DNA from: Calditrichales bacterium
GTDB lineage: Bacteria; Calditrichota; Calditrichia; Calditrichales; J004
NCBI GenBank assembly: GCA_965267575.1
Contig: OZ254086.1
Coordinates: forward strand, 3,168,001 to 3,232,000
Length of the DNA: 64,000 bases
Direction: 5' to 3'
Shown here: piece after piece, positions 31,775-40,460 of the stretch
How the letters are laid out: every line of letters begins with the position of its first letter
Numbering within the stretch: position 1 is the first letter of the stretch
Made by a program: the position numbers and the translations under genes
Notes under the pieces: model-generated
Told to the model about the DNA's origin: nothing
Seen by the model: the letters and a program-made list of their open reading frames with translations, nothing else
Database searches by the model: none

Positions 31775-32178
31775 GCGTGCGAATTGCTACACGTCGCGAC
31801 GAAGACTTGGTAACATTTCTGGAGCTGAACGGCTTTGATGTGGAAGAGGTTAATAAAAACCTTATGCGGGTCACGCGTCCGGGTGAGCTGCCGGTGTTTG
31901 TTAATGTAACGGACAATGTTATGTATTTTGAAGTCGACCTGGGCAACGTATCCGGCTTTGCCAGCAAGGAGCTTTATTTCAAGCTGCTGGATATGAACAC
32001 GGAAGTATTGCCGGTGAGTTTTGGCATCAACGATACCAATCCCGATGACCCGCGTCTGGTGCTTGTGGAAAGCCGCGAGACAGACGACCTCAGCGACCAG
32101 GAATTGCTGGCTGTATTTGATGCCCTGGAGCTGGCGCTGGACCGCGCCGAAGGGCTGTTAAAAAAGTATATGAAGTAA
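31771..32178 (+). CDS. YjfI/CesT-like chaperone-fold protein
   Basis: Small acidic protein with LLDMNTEVLPVSFGI and DLSDQEL; near pspA, like E. coli yjfI-yjfJ. Confidence 0.55.
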   Translation: MSVRIATRRDEDLVTFLELNGFDVEEVNKNLMRVTRPGELPVFVNVTDNVMYFEVDLGNVSGFASKELYFKLLDMNTEVLPVSFGINDTNPDDPRLVLVESRETDDLSDQELLAVFDALELALDRAEGLLKKYMK

Positions 32179-32181
32179 TTA

Positions 32182-32937
32182 TTGTTGATTGTGATGACAC
32201 AAACCGTGCAGGCAAAACGGCAGATAAGTGGCGAGCTGCGGCCGGCCATCCTTTTTGAGGACCGTGATACACTCGTGGTGGACAAGCCTTCGGGCATGCC
32301 CGTTATACCGGACCGGCACGGCGAGCGTCTATCACTGCGTGAATGGCTGGAACAGGAGCGTGACGAAAAAATGTGGGTAGTGCATCGAATTGATGCCGGC
32401 ACGAGCGGCCTCGTACTGCTTGCCCGGAACCCTGAAAGTCACAGCTACTTTAATAATCAGTTTGCCGATCGCAAGGTTGCCAAGCGCTACCTGGCGCTGG
32501 TAAAGGGATACCCGCCGGAGCATGAAGGCGATATCTACGCGCCCTTGCAAAAACGCAACAGCCGTCGCGCCCCCGTGCGCGTCCATGCGGATGGCAAAGC
32601 AGCACACAGCCATTACCGCGTTCTGGAGAAGTTTAACGGCTTCAGCCTGCTGGAGGTGATGCCGCATACAGGCCGGACACACCAGATACGGGTGCACATG
32701 GCTCATGTGGGTTGTCCGCTGGCCATCGACGCGCAGTACGGAAATAATGAGGCGCTTACGACGTCAACAATCGCGAGTGGTTTTAAAAAAGGGGCTCGTT
32801 TACTTATTGACCGCCTGACATTACATGCCTGGAAACTGGAAACAGAAATGCCGGACGGGACAAAGCAATCTTTTGAAGCGCCCCTGTCTGAAGATTTTGG
32901 CGCGCTGTTGGAAGCGCTGCGCAAAAACGTCAAATAA
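32182..32937 (+). CDS. RluA-family pseudouridine synthase
   Basis: DKPSG, VHRIDAGTSG (catalytic Asp), GRTHQIRVH, LHA; start may be ATG 32194. Confidence 0.93.
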   Translation: MLIVMTQTVQAKRQISGELRPAILFEDRDTLVVDKPSGMPVIPDRHGERLSLREWLEQERDEKMWVVHRIDAGTSGLVLLARNPESHSYFNNQFADRKVAKRYLALVKGYPPEHEGDIYAPLQKRNSRRAPVRVHADGKAAHSHYRVLEKFNGFSLLEVMPHTGRTHQIRVHMAHVGCPLAIDAQYGNNEALTTSTIASGFKKGARLLIDRLTLHAWKLETEMPDGTKQSFEAPLSEDFGALLEALRKNVK

Positions 32938-32961
32938 AGCAATTTAAACGAGGAGAAAGAT

Positions 32962-33648
32962 ATGAGCATTTTCAGCAGAATCTTTAAGGTTGGTGAAGCC
33001 AAGGCCAACCAGCTTGTTGATAAAATGGAAAAACCCGAACTGATGCTGGAGCAGGCCATCAAGGATAAATCCAAGCAGATCAGTGACGCCAAAAGGTCGG
33101 TGATGCAGGTGATTGCCACGGAGCGGCAGACGCGCGCGCAATTGCTTAAAGAGCAAAACGAAAAGCAAAACTGGGAAGGGAAAGCCCAGCAGGCGCTTAA
33201 GGCCGGCAATGAAGAATTGGCTGTGAAAGCGCTGAACCGCGCGCAGGAGCACGAACAGAAAGCGACTTCGCTGGAAAGCACCTGGAAGTCACAAAAAACA
33301 AATGTCGATCAGCTTAAAGTGGAAATCGTGAAAATGGAAGATGAGCTGGCCGAATTTAAACGCAATAAGGATTTTATCATCGCCCAGGCCAAAACGGCTG
33401 AAGTGAAAAAACAGATTTACGAAGCCAAGGCTAAGATCAGCAACGACAAAAGCGCCGATGACCTGATGGCCCGGATGAAGGCCAAAGCAGAGCGGGCTTC
33501 GTTTGAAGCCGATGCGGCACAGGAAATGTCGCTGGAAGGCGGCGATTCGCTGGAGAAGGAGTTTGAGCAACTGGGCAGCGCTTCGGCGTCAACGGAGGTT
33601 CAGGCCAAGCTGGAAGCGATGAAAAAGCAGCTGGGATCGGGAAAATAA
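32962..33648 (+). CDS. PspA/IM30 family protein
   Basis: MSIFSRI amphipathic N-terminus, EKPELMLEQAI, long coiled coil. Confidence 0.92.
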   Translation: MSIFSRIFKVGEAKANQLVDKMEKPELMLEQAIKDKSKQISDAKRSVMQVIATERQTRAQLLKEQNEKQNWEGKAQQALKAGNEELAVKALNRAQEHEQKATSLESTWKSQKTNVDQLKVEIVKMEDELAEFKRNKDFIIAQAKTAEVKKQIYEAKAKISNDKSADDLMARMKAKAERASFEADAAQEMSLEGGDSLEKEFEQLGSASASTEVQAKLEAMKKQLGSGK

Positions 33649-33649
33649 T

Positions 33650-33812
33650 GTGTTAAGGTGTTAGAGTGTTTAGGTGTTAAAGTGCGTGTTCAGGAAAATG
33701 GTGGCTCTAACGATCCCGGTGTTGGCCTGGCGCCAAACCATGATAAAACGCATCGGGACAGGCCGGGATGACAGTAATCCAATAATTCAGTAATTCATTA
33801 ATTCAGCAATCT
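33650..33812. repeat. Composite intergenic repeat: GTGTTnnn octamers, GATCCCGG...CCGGGATGAC hairpin, TAATTCAG octamers
   Basis: Read directly; the hairpin at 33712-33772 closely matches 56796-56851. Confidence 0.85.
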
Positions 33813-33816
33813 GTAA

Positions 33817-34446
33817 ATGGTAAAAGAAAAAAGACTTGAGAACAATTTTGATTCCGGGTGGATCCGCAAACTGGAATCAGAAGATCACTGGCGGTTGTAC
33901 TGGCAGCAGCAAAAGCTGATGGAAGGCTTTGTTAAGCCCGGTGATGACGTGCTGGAGATCGGAGTAGGCACGGGTTTTACGGCCAACTACCTGAAATCCA
34001 AAGGGGTTAATGTAACCACGCTTGATATCGACGCGGAGAAAAAACCTGACATTGTTGCCAATATTGTAGATTACGAATGGCCCGGCACCTATGATGCCGT
34101 GCTTGCCTTTCAGGTCTTCGAGCACATCCCTTTTGATTATTTCCAAAAAATCATAGTGCGCCTGAAATCGCGAAGTGATTATCTTTTTTTTAGTGTGCCT
34201 GTAAACGAAAAATCTTTACTGAGGCTCTCTTTTCGTGTTGCCGGAGTTCCTAAAGAAAAAAAGCTGACGCTGGCCATTCCAAAGAACAAAATCACTTCGA
34301 AGCACCACTTTTGGGAAATTGGCCATGGCTGTGATAACATGGACGGCGTCCTGCAAGAACATGGTTTTAAAATCTTGAAAAAAGAAAAAAAATTATCGCG
34401 TATGTTTTACGCTCTTGCCACAGATCCATTGGCAAAAGGACGATAA
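33817..34446 (+). CDS. Class I SAM-dependent methyltransferase
   Basis: VLEIGVGTG, LDID, QVFEH. Confidence 0.85.
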   Translation: MVKEKRLENNFDSGWIRKLESEDHWRLYWQQQKLMEGFVKPGDDVLEIGVGTGFTANYLKSKGVNVTTLDIDAEKKPDIVANIVDYEWPGTYDAVLAFQVFEHIPFDYFQKIIVRLKSRSDYLFFSVPVNEKSLLRLSFRVAGVPKEKKLTLAIPKNKITSKHHFWEIGHGCDNMDGVLQEHGFKILKKEKKLSRMFYALATDPLAKGR

Positions 34447-34457
34447 GAGGGCAGCAT

Positions 34458-35618
34458 TTGAAAAAACCAAAATGGAAAAGCACAGCGACCCGGGCCGTTC
34501 ATGCCGGGGAGAGCCCGCGCAGGGATGGGGCGGTCACGTTTCCGGTCTATCAATCGGCGATGTATTTGTACAGTGGAGAGAAAGAGTACGGCGACCTGCG
34601 CTACATCCGACTGAACAATACACCCAATGCCGACGTGCTGCACGCCAAGCTGGCGGCGCTGGAGAACGGTGAAGACGCCCTGGTGACGGCCAGCGGTATG
34701 GCGGCCATCAGCAGCACGCTTATGACCGTTTTGAGCGGCGGCGGACATCTTTTGGCTCAAGGCGCGCTTTATGGCGGTACCTATGATTTTATTTGCAACG
34801 ACTTTGACGGGCTGGGCTTTTCCTGTGATTTTGTTGATATAGAAAACCCTGCAGGATGGGAGGCACTTTTGCGGCCCAACACCCGTGCGATTTACGTTGA
34901 AACACTTAGTAATCCCACATTGCGCGTGGCCGACCTGGAAGCCGTTGTTGCATTCGCGAGGAAACACAACCTGGTCAGCATCATCGATAACACTTTCGCC
35001 ACACCGATAAACTGCCGCCCCGCGGAATGGGGCATCGATGTTGTGCTGCATAGCGCCACAAAATACCTCAACGGCCACTCCGATATTGTCGCCGGGGCTA
35101 TAGTTGCTTCGCAGGAGTGGATTGCCAAGATAAAGCATAAGCTGAATCACTTTGGCGGCTCGCTGGATCCGCACGCTTGCTTCCTGCTGCAGCGTGGACT
35201 GAAGACGCTGCATCTGCGCGTGGAGCGGCAAAATGAAAACGCCCTGGCCCTGGCGCGCTTTTTGGATGCCCATCCGGCCGTGCAGCGCGTGAATTATCCG
35301 GGCCTGGCATCGCACCCTCAAAACAATCTAGCCAAGCGCATTTTAAGCGGTTTTGGGGGCATGATGAGTTTTGAACTCAACGCATCCGGGCGCGGCGTTG
35401 AGACATTCCTGGAAAAATTGACTCTGCCGTTGCTGGCGCCCAGTCTCGGTGGCGTAGAATCGCTGGTGGTAAGGCCGGCCGTAAGCTCGCATGCCGGTAT
35501 GTCCAAAAAAGAGCGGAAAACGCAGGGCATTAGCGACGCGATGGTGCGGGTTAGCGTGGGCGTTGAAGACGTGGATGAGTTGATCGAAGACTTTAAACAG
35601 GCGCTGGAAGGAGTATAG
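34458..35618 (+). CDS. Cys/Met metabolism PLP-dependent enzyme (cystathionine gamma-synthase/lyase family)
   Basis: YIRLNNTP, SGMAAI, DNTFATP, HSATKYLNGHSD, SLGGVES. Confidence 0.92.
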   Translation: MKKPKWKSTATRAVHAGESPRRDGAVTFPVYQSAMYLYSGEKEYGDLRYIRLNNTPNADVLHAKLAALENGEDALVTASGMAAISSTLMTVLSGGGHLLAQGALYGGTYDFICNDFDGLGFSCDFVDIENPAGWEALLRPNTRAIYVETLSNPTLRVADLEAVVAFARKHNLVSIIDNTFATPINCRPAEWGIDVVLHSATKYLNGHSDIVAGAIVASQEWIAKIKHKLNHFGGSLDPHACFLLQRGLKTLHLRVERQNENALALARFLDAHPAVQRVNYPGLASHPQNNLAKRILSGFGGMMSFELNASGRGVETFLEKLTLPLLAPSLGGVESLVVRPAVSSHAGMSKKERKTQGISDAMVRVSVGVEDVDELIEDFKQALEGV

Positions 35619-35620
35619 CG

Positions 35621-35986
35621 ATGAAAGCGTTGGGGCGTCACCTGTTGCTGGAGTTGTACGAATGCGATTTTGATCTGCTAAACGACATTGAGCGGCTGGA
35701 AAAAGTTCTGGTGAGCGTTGTGGATGACGCCGGCGCCACGCTGGTTGATACACGTTTCCACCATTTTTCCCCGCATGGCGTAAGCGGTGTGGTGGTGATC
35801 GCCGAAAGCCACATCACGATCCACACCTGGCCCGAGCACAACTATGCCGCAATCGATGTGTTTACCTGTGACCACAGTATCGACTATGAGCTGGTAGAGC
35901 GGATGCTGGTGGAGCGTTTTGAAGCCGGCGAACATGATACACAGACCATCGAGCGTGGTAAAAAAATTTCCTTCCCGCAACATTAA
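35621..35986 (+). CDS. speD: S-adenosylmethionine decarboxylase proenzyme (class 1b)
   Basis: HHFSPHGVSG, AESHITIHTWPE (E-S autocleavage site), DVFTC. Confidence 0.9.
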   Translation: MKALGRHLLLELYECDFDLLNDIERLEKVLVSVVDDAGATLVDTRFHHFSPHGVSGVVVIAESHITIHTWPEHNYAAIDVFTCDHSIDYELVERMLVERFEAGEHDTQTIERGKKISFPQH

Positions 35987-36066
35987 TTTCCACGTTATCA
36001 TTCTGAGCCCGCGAAGAATCTAATGCGTGCTTCGACAAATATCATTATTTCATCATGCAGGTGCCT

Positions 36067-37908
36067 ATGAAAACATTTTTCTTTTTTATAGCCGCGGTTT
36101 TGTGTGTTGTCGGATGTAATCAAAACAACTCCCTCCGCTTCGTGCTGTTCAGTGATACGCATGTGGCTGAAAACACCACCGGCGCTAAAGATCTGGGTCT
36201 GGCCGTGGCCGATGTGAACGAGATGGATGATGTTGATTTTGTGCTCGTTTCCGGCGATATAACCGATTTGAACATCGGCGATAACCTGCAAACCGCCAAG
36301 CGTATCCTGGACAGCCTGGATGTGCCCTATTATATCATTCCGGGAAATCACGACACCAAATGGTCCGGTTCCGCCGGCGCCAACTTCCGCGCGCTGTGGG
36401 GCGATGACCGGTTTGTATTCGATGCCGGCGGCTACCGCTTCATCGGTTTTCACCAGGGACCCATTTTGCGCATGGACGACGGCCACATCCCGCGCGAAGA
36501 TCTGGACTGGTTGAAACAGACGCTGCAGGAAACCGGAACGGAAAAGCCGCTTATTTTAGTGATGCACTATGCGCTGACGCCATCCATTGATAACTGGCAT
36601 GAGTGCGTGGAGATCATCAAAGATTACAACATCCGCGCGGTGCTGCATGGTCATGGTCACCGCAGTTGGCACAAAACGTACCAGGGCGTTCACGGGGTGA
36701 TGGTACGTTCCACGCTGCGCGCCGGGGAAGAGCGCGGCGGTTACAACATTTTTGAGCTGCGCAACGATTCACTTTTTGCCTCGGAGCGCATTACGGGCGT
36801 GGAGACAAAAGAGCAGTGGCTGGCGATTGATCTATCGGGTGATTATGGCGTGCAGCCGGTGGCAGATAGTTTGCTGCCTGATTACGGCATCAACGAAGAT
36901 TATCCGGGCGTGAAACGGCACTGGGTTTTTGAAAGCGGCTATACCACTACGGCAAGCCCGCTGCTGGTGGACAGTATGATCTACATCGGCGATGTATCCG
37001 GAAACATGCGCGCCATCAAGCTATCCGATGGCCAACCATTATGGCAATATGCCGCTGAAGGGGCCATTTACGCGCGGGCGGCGGCGCAGGGCAATATGCT
37101 CGTTTTCACCTCTGCGGACAGCTTCATCTATGGCGTAGATAGAACCACGGCCAGGCTGGTTTGGCGCAGTCCGACCAACGCGGCGCTTGTTTCCATCCCG
37201 ACAATCCATAACAACATCGTTTTTGTCGGCGCCAGTGACGGCATTTTCCGGGCATTGGACCTGGATACTGGCGAAACGATCTGGGAATATCCGCGGGTGG
37301 AAGGTTACGTGGAAACGAAACCGCTGGTTTATGACGGCAAGGTGCTGTTCGGCGCCTGGGACGGCAGAATGTACGCGCTTAACGCCGATAACGGCTCGCT
37401 GGTCTGGACCTGGCAGGGCCGCATGCCGGGACCGCTTTATTCTCCCGCAGCCTGTTGGCCTGTGGCGTCTTATGGCCGGGTCTTTTTTGCCGCGCCCGAT
37501 CGCGTGGTAAGCGCTGTGGACATCCGCACAGGGGAAACAGCTTGGCAAAACGGAAACTGGAAATTCCGCGAGACAATCGGGATATCAGCGGTCGGCAGCC
37601 GTGTTTATGCCCGCTCGATGACTGATTCCGTCGTCTGCTTCGACGCGTCGTCGCCTGATGGCAAAACCGTCTGGGCGGAAGGTTTTAACTATGGCTACGA
37701 CATTGCCCCCTCCATGCCGCGCGAAAAAGTGGGCACCTTATTCTGGGGCACCAAAAACGGACTTATCACCGCCGCCGATGCCCAAAGCGGGAAAATTTTC
37801 TGGCAGCACAAGTTTGAAAACTACCTGGTCAATACCGTGGAGCCGGTGGATAATAAGCGCGTTGTTTTTAGTACCATTGACGGGGTAGTGGGTTTGCTGG
37901 GGGAGTAG
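36067..37908 (+). CDS. Lipoprotein: calcineurin-like phosphoesterase plus PQQ-like beta-propeller
   Basis: Lipobox VVGC; DTH, GD, GNHD and GHGH motifs; Trp-docking propeller repeats. Confidence 0.85.
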   Translation: MKTFFFFIAAVLCVVGCNQNNSLRFVLFSDTHVAENTTGAKDLGLAVADVNEMDDVDFVLVSGDITDLNIGDNLQTAKRILDSLDVPYYIIPGNHDTKWSGSAGANFRALWGDDRFVFDAGGYRFIGFHQGPILRMDDGHIPREDLDWLKQTLQETGTEKPLILVMHYALTPSIDNWHECVEIIKDYNIRAVLHGHGHRSWHKTYQGVHGVMVRSTLRAGEERGGYNIFELRNDSLFASERITGVETKEQWLAIDLSGDYGVQPVADSLLPDYGINEDYPGVKRHWVFESGYTTTASPLLVDSMIYIGDVSGNMRAIKLSDGQPLWQYAAEGAIYARAAAQGNMLVFTSADSFIYGVDRTTARLVWRSPTNAALVSIPTIHNNIVFVGASDGIFRALDLDTGETIWEYPRVEGYVETKPLVYDGKVLFGAWDGRMYALNADNGSLVWTWQGRMPGPLYSPAACWPVASYGRVFFAAPDRVVSAVDIRTGETAWQNGNWKFRETIGISAVGSRVYARSMTDSVVCFDASSPDGKTVWAEGFNYGYDIAPSMPREKVGTLFWGTKNGLITAADAQSGKIFWQHKFENYLVNTVEPVDNKRVVFSTIDGVVGLLGE

Positions 37909-37909
37909 A

Positions 37910-37945
37910 TGTTGCGTGTTGCGCAACAAGGTGTTATATTCTTAA
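37910..37945 (+). promoter_or_regulatory. Sigma70-type promoter with overlapping inverted repeat upstream of higB
   Basis: TTGCGT(37912)-N17-TATATT(37935) with extended TG; TGTTGCG-N5-CGCAACA; ATG 5 nt after the -10 box. Confidence 0.7.
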
Positions 37946-38224
37946 ATGATTAAGTCGTTTAAGCACAAAGGATTGCAAAGCTTTTTTGAAACCGGAAGTA
38001 TAAGAGGTATTCAGCCTGCGCATGAGAAAAAACTACGATTAAGGCTGGCAGCTTTGGATACTGCGACGACAATAAACGACATTGATTTGCCCGGGTTTCG
38101 TTTGCACGCATTAAAAGGAAAGTTACAAGATCTGTGGGCAATAGACGTAAGCAAAAACTGGAGAATTACTTTTAAATTTCAGGATGGAGACGTTTTTATC
38201 GTTAACTACGAGGATTATCACTAA
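37946..38224 (+). CDS. higB: HigB (RelE/ParE superfamily) toxin
   Basis: MIKSFKHKGL, LHALKG, NWRITF, terminal DYH. Confidence 0.93.
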   Translation: MIKSFKHKGLQSFFETGSIRGIQPAHEKKLRLRLAALDTATTINDIDLPGFRLHALKGKLQDLWAIDVSKNWRITFKFQDGDVFIVNYEDYH

Positions 38225-38511
38225 TGAGAATGTATAACCCGCCGCATCCAGGTGAATTTATAAAAGAAGTGTACATGGAGCCGCATGGCATAAGCTCGCG
38301 CGTAATTGCGGCAAAGCTCAAGGTGGCCCCTTCAACCTTTACCCGGCTACTCAATGGCGAAAGTAATGTTACTTCAGAGATGGCGCTTCGTTTATCCAAA
38401 ACTTTGGGGCGAAGTCCCGAAAGCTGGTTGAATATGCAAAACAACTATAATCTTTGGATAGCCCGACAAAAGGTCAATCTTGAAGATGTGGAAGAACTGA
38501 AAGTTGGATAA
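38224..38511 (+). CDS. higA: HigA antitoxin
   Basis: PPHPGE, HTH, MALRLSK, WLNMQ; overlaps the higB stop. Confidence 0.93.
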   Translation: MRMYNPPHPGEFIKEVYMEPHGISSRVIAAKLKVAPSTFTRLLNGESNVTSEMALRLSKTLGRSPESWLNMQNNYNLWIARQKVNLEDVEELKVG

Positions 38512-38519
38512 AGCATCAT

Positions 38520-38717
38520 ATGAAACAAAAAATGGATAGAAAGCAAGTGACGCTCGGTACGACGGAAGAGCTCAACCGGCGCGATAAAGACTATTGGTCC
38601 AAAGCCAGCACGGCAGAGAAATTTCAAACTATTACCTATTTACGGGAATGCTTTTATGGCGATGAGGCAACTACCGGAAGACTTCAAAGAGTTTATAAGG
38701 TTATTAAACGAAAATGA
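38520..38717 (+). CDS. Small hypothetical protein
   Basis: 65-aa ORF immediately after higA. Confidence 0.5.
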   Translation: MKQKMDRKQVTLGTTEELNRRDKDYWSKASTAEKFQTITYLRECFYGDEATTGRLQRVYKVIKRK

Positions 38718-39297
38718 ACTTTATTGAAACCAAAATACTATTTCTAACACTTATTAGTATACTTTTAATTAATGTTCTTCAATTAAATATTACCCCATCC
38801 CAAAAACGTTTTCCTTGCAAGAAAAAAGAGTAGTAGAGGAATCTTACAAGATGTTGGAAAACACTTCAGAAATAACCCCCTAGATGGATTTAAGCAACAT
38901 CTTTTTTGAAAACCAGGAATGGGAAGCTGCTTATTATTATGCAAATGAAGCTTTTAGGCTAGATCCTGCGAGAGGCACAATCTACCTTTTCAAGGGAGAC
39001 GTTCTTATCAATTGTGTTTTACGTGGTGCTGATGAGAAGCTTTCATTTGAAGATATGCTGATCTTAAGAATGGCGTTCGAATATTTCGATATTGCCCGCA
39101 GGTTTCAGGAAACTAAAAGCGCTGCGGAAAAACGAATGCAAAATTTGAAACCCTTCGCAGTTAATCAGTTTTTATGTGTCTGGGGAATGCAATCTGATAT
39201 TGACTATTTTGATTCTTTGAAATATGAATGGATCAGCCCATATATATTTTCAAAAAATATCATGTGGTTTGTACGTAACGATGTGAAAAAACAATAA
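38714..39297 (+). pseudogene. Degraded TPR-like lipoprotein gene
   Basis: ATG 38714 signal peptide; -1 shift at 38773 gives Cys-SSIKYY; in-frame TAG at 38881; then a TPR-like segment. Confidence 0.55.
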
Positions 39298-39312
39298 TGC
39301 TGACAACAAAAA

Positions 39313-39338
39313 AGATCCTGAATCAAGTTCAGGATGAC
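39313..39338. repeat. REP-like palindrome AGATCCTGAATCAAGTTCAGGATGAC
   Basis: Hairpin; related opposite-orientation copy at 43485-43510. Confidence 0.7.
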
Positions 39339-39344
39339 GACTTG

Positions 39345-39380
39345 AAAAAAGAGGCCCGCCTTTCCCGGCGGGCTTTTTTT
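39345..39380. terminator. Probable bidirectional intrinsic terminator
   Basis: A-run, GCCCGCC-loop-GGCGGGC, T-run between convergent genes. Confidence 0.8.
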
Positions 39381-39387
39381 ATTAAAC

Positions 39388-40458
39388 CTACTTCCGTCCC
39401 ATAATTTGCAGCAGCGCGTCCAGGGCTTCCGGCTCGTCCAGTTGGCCCAGCCAGAAAACGGCCTTTTTGCGTACTTCGCCATTGGGGTGGGTTTCGGCGA
39501 TGCGTAGCAGGCGCTTCACGCGATCGCCACTGTCATTTTGGTACAGGGCAAAAACGGCTTTCTCCTGGATGTCGGTTTCCTCGTCGGAGAAGACACGCTC
39601 CTCAAGGGCATCGGCGGCCTTTTCAGAAGCGAGCTGCCCGATCCAGAAGATGGCCTTTTGCTTCACTTCGCTATCCGGCGCGTTTTTGGCCACGTCGATC
39701 AAACCATCCAGACCCTTTTCTTCCAGGCGATGCAGAGAAAAGACGGCTTTTTCGGCCAGCTCGTGGTCACTGCTGCGATCTTTGGCAAAAGAGACCAGGT
39801 AGGCGGGAAGTTCTTCATGCTCTGTTTCCGCGATCCAGAATATTGCTTTTTTCCGTACCTCAAAATTTTCATCGTCGTCATCCGCAATCGAGCGCAAAAA
39901 CTTGAACGCCTTGTCGCCGCCCTTGTGCATCCCGGCGGCCAGCATCAGGTGTTCGCGTGAATCGATATCCAGATTATAGTTGTAGCGGGCAATCACTAAA
40001 TCAATGCTTTTATCGGTCGGGCTTTTACCCAAAAAGTAAAGCGGACGTTTTTGCAGCTCCACGTGCAGGTCCAGGGTGCTGAGCAGCACTTCTTTTACGT
40101 TTTCACCCTGCATGCTAAAAAGCATGGCCACCTCGCGTTCCACCGGCGGCTTGTCGTCGTCTTTATCATAGATCTTTGTATCGTAGATCGGGTAGCGGCG
40201 GTCCGGGTAAAGCAGGTTGCCGAGGGGTGTTAATCCGTCCCAGTCATGAGAGATCGTGCCGATGGAGGAGTGGGGACTCATCATCCGCGGGAAGGTGTAG
40301 ACGATCCAATAGTGATCGTCCCCGTTTTGGTCGGCCTGTTTTTGAGCGTTGGCCCATTTGCTATCCAGCGAAGCTCCGCTTACCGTGTACAGTTTTTGGG
40401 CAATGCCTGCGGCAGCAAACAATAAAACTATCATTGCGCTAAGATACAATCGTTTCAT
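39388..40458 (-). CDS. Exported HEAT-repeat protein
   Basis: Signal peptide; about 5 repeats of the KKAIFW/EKAVFAL type. Confidence 0.8.
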   Translation of the reverse strand: MKRLYLSAMIVLLFAAAGIAQKLYTVSGASLDSKWANAQKQADQNGDDHYWIVYTFPRMMSPHSSIGTISHDWDGLTPLGNLLYPDRRYPIYDTKIYDKDDDKPPVEREVAMLFSMQGENVKEVLLSTLDLHVELQKRPLYFLGKSPTDKSIDLVIARYNYNLDIDSREHLMLAAGMHKGGDKAFKFLRSIADDDDENFEVRKKAIFWIAETEHEELPAYLVSFAKDRSSDHELAEKAVFSLHRLEEKGLDGLIDVAKNAPDSEVKQKAIFWIGQLASEKAADALEERVFSDEETDIQEKAVFALYQNDSGDRVKRLLRIAETHPNGEVRKKAVFWLGQLDEPEALDALLQIMGRK

Positions 40459-40460
40459 GT

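Noticed and set aside
33650..33812. CRISPR array in the repeat spacers
   Set aside because: Units are 6-8 bp tandem repeats with no unique spacers; no cas genes
16775..38883. Amber recoding or pyrrolysine suggested by two in-frame TAG codons
   Set aside because: Many intact genes here end in TAG (hypE, speE, S9 peptidase) and no pyl genes are seen
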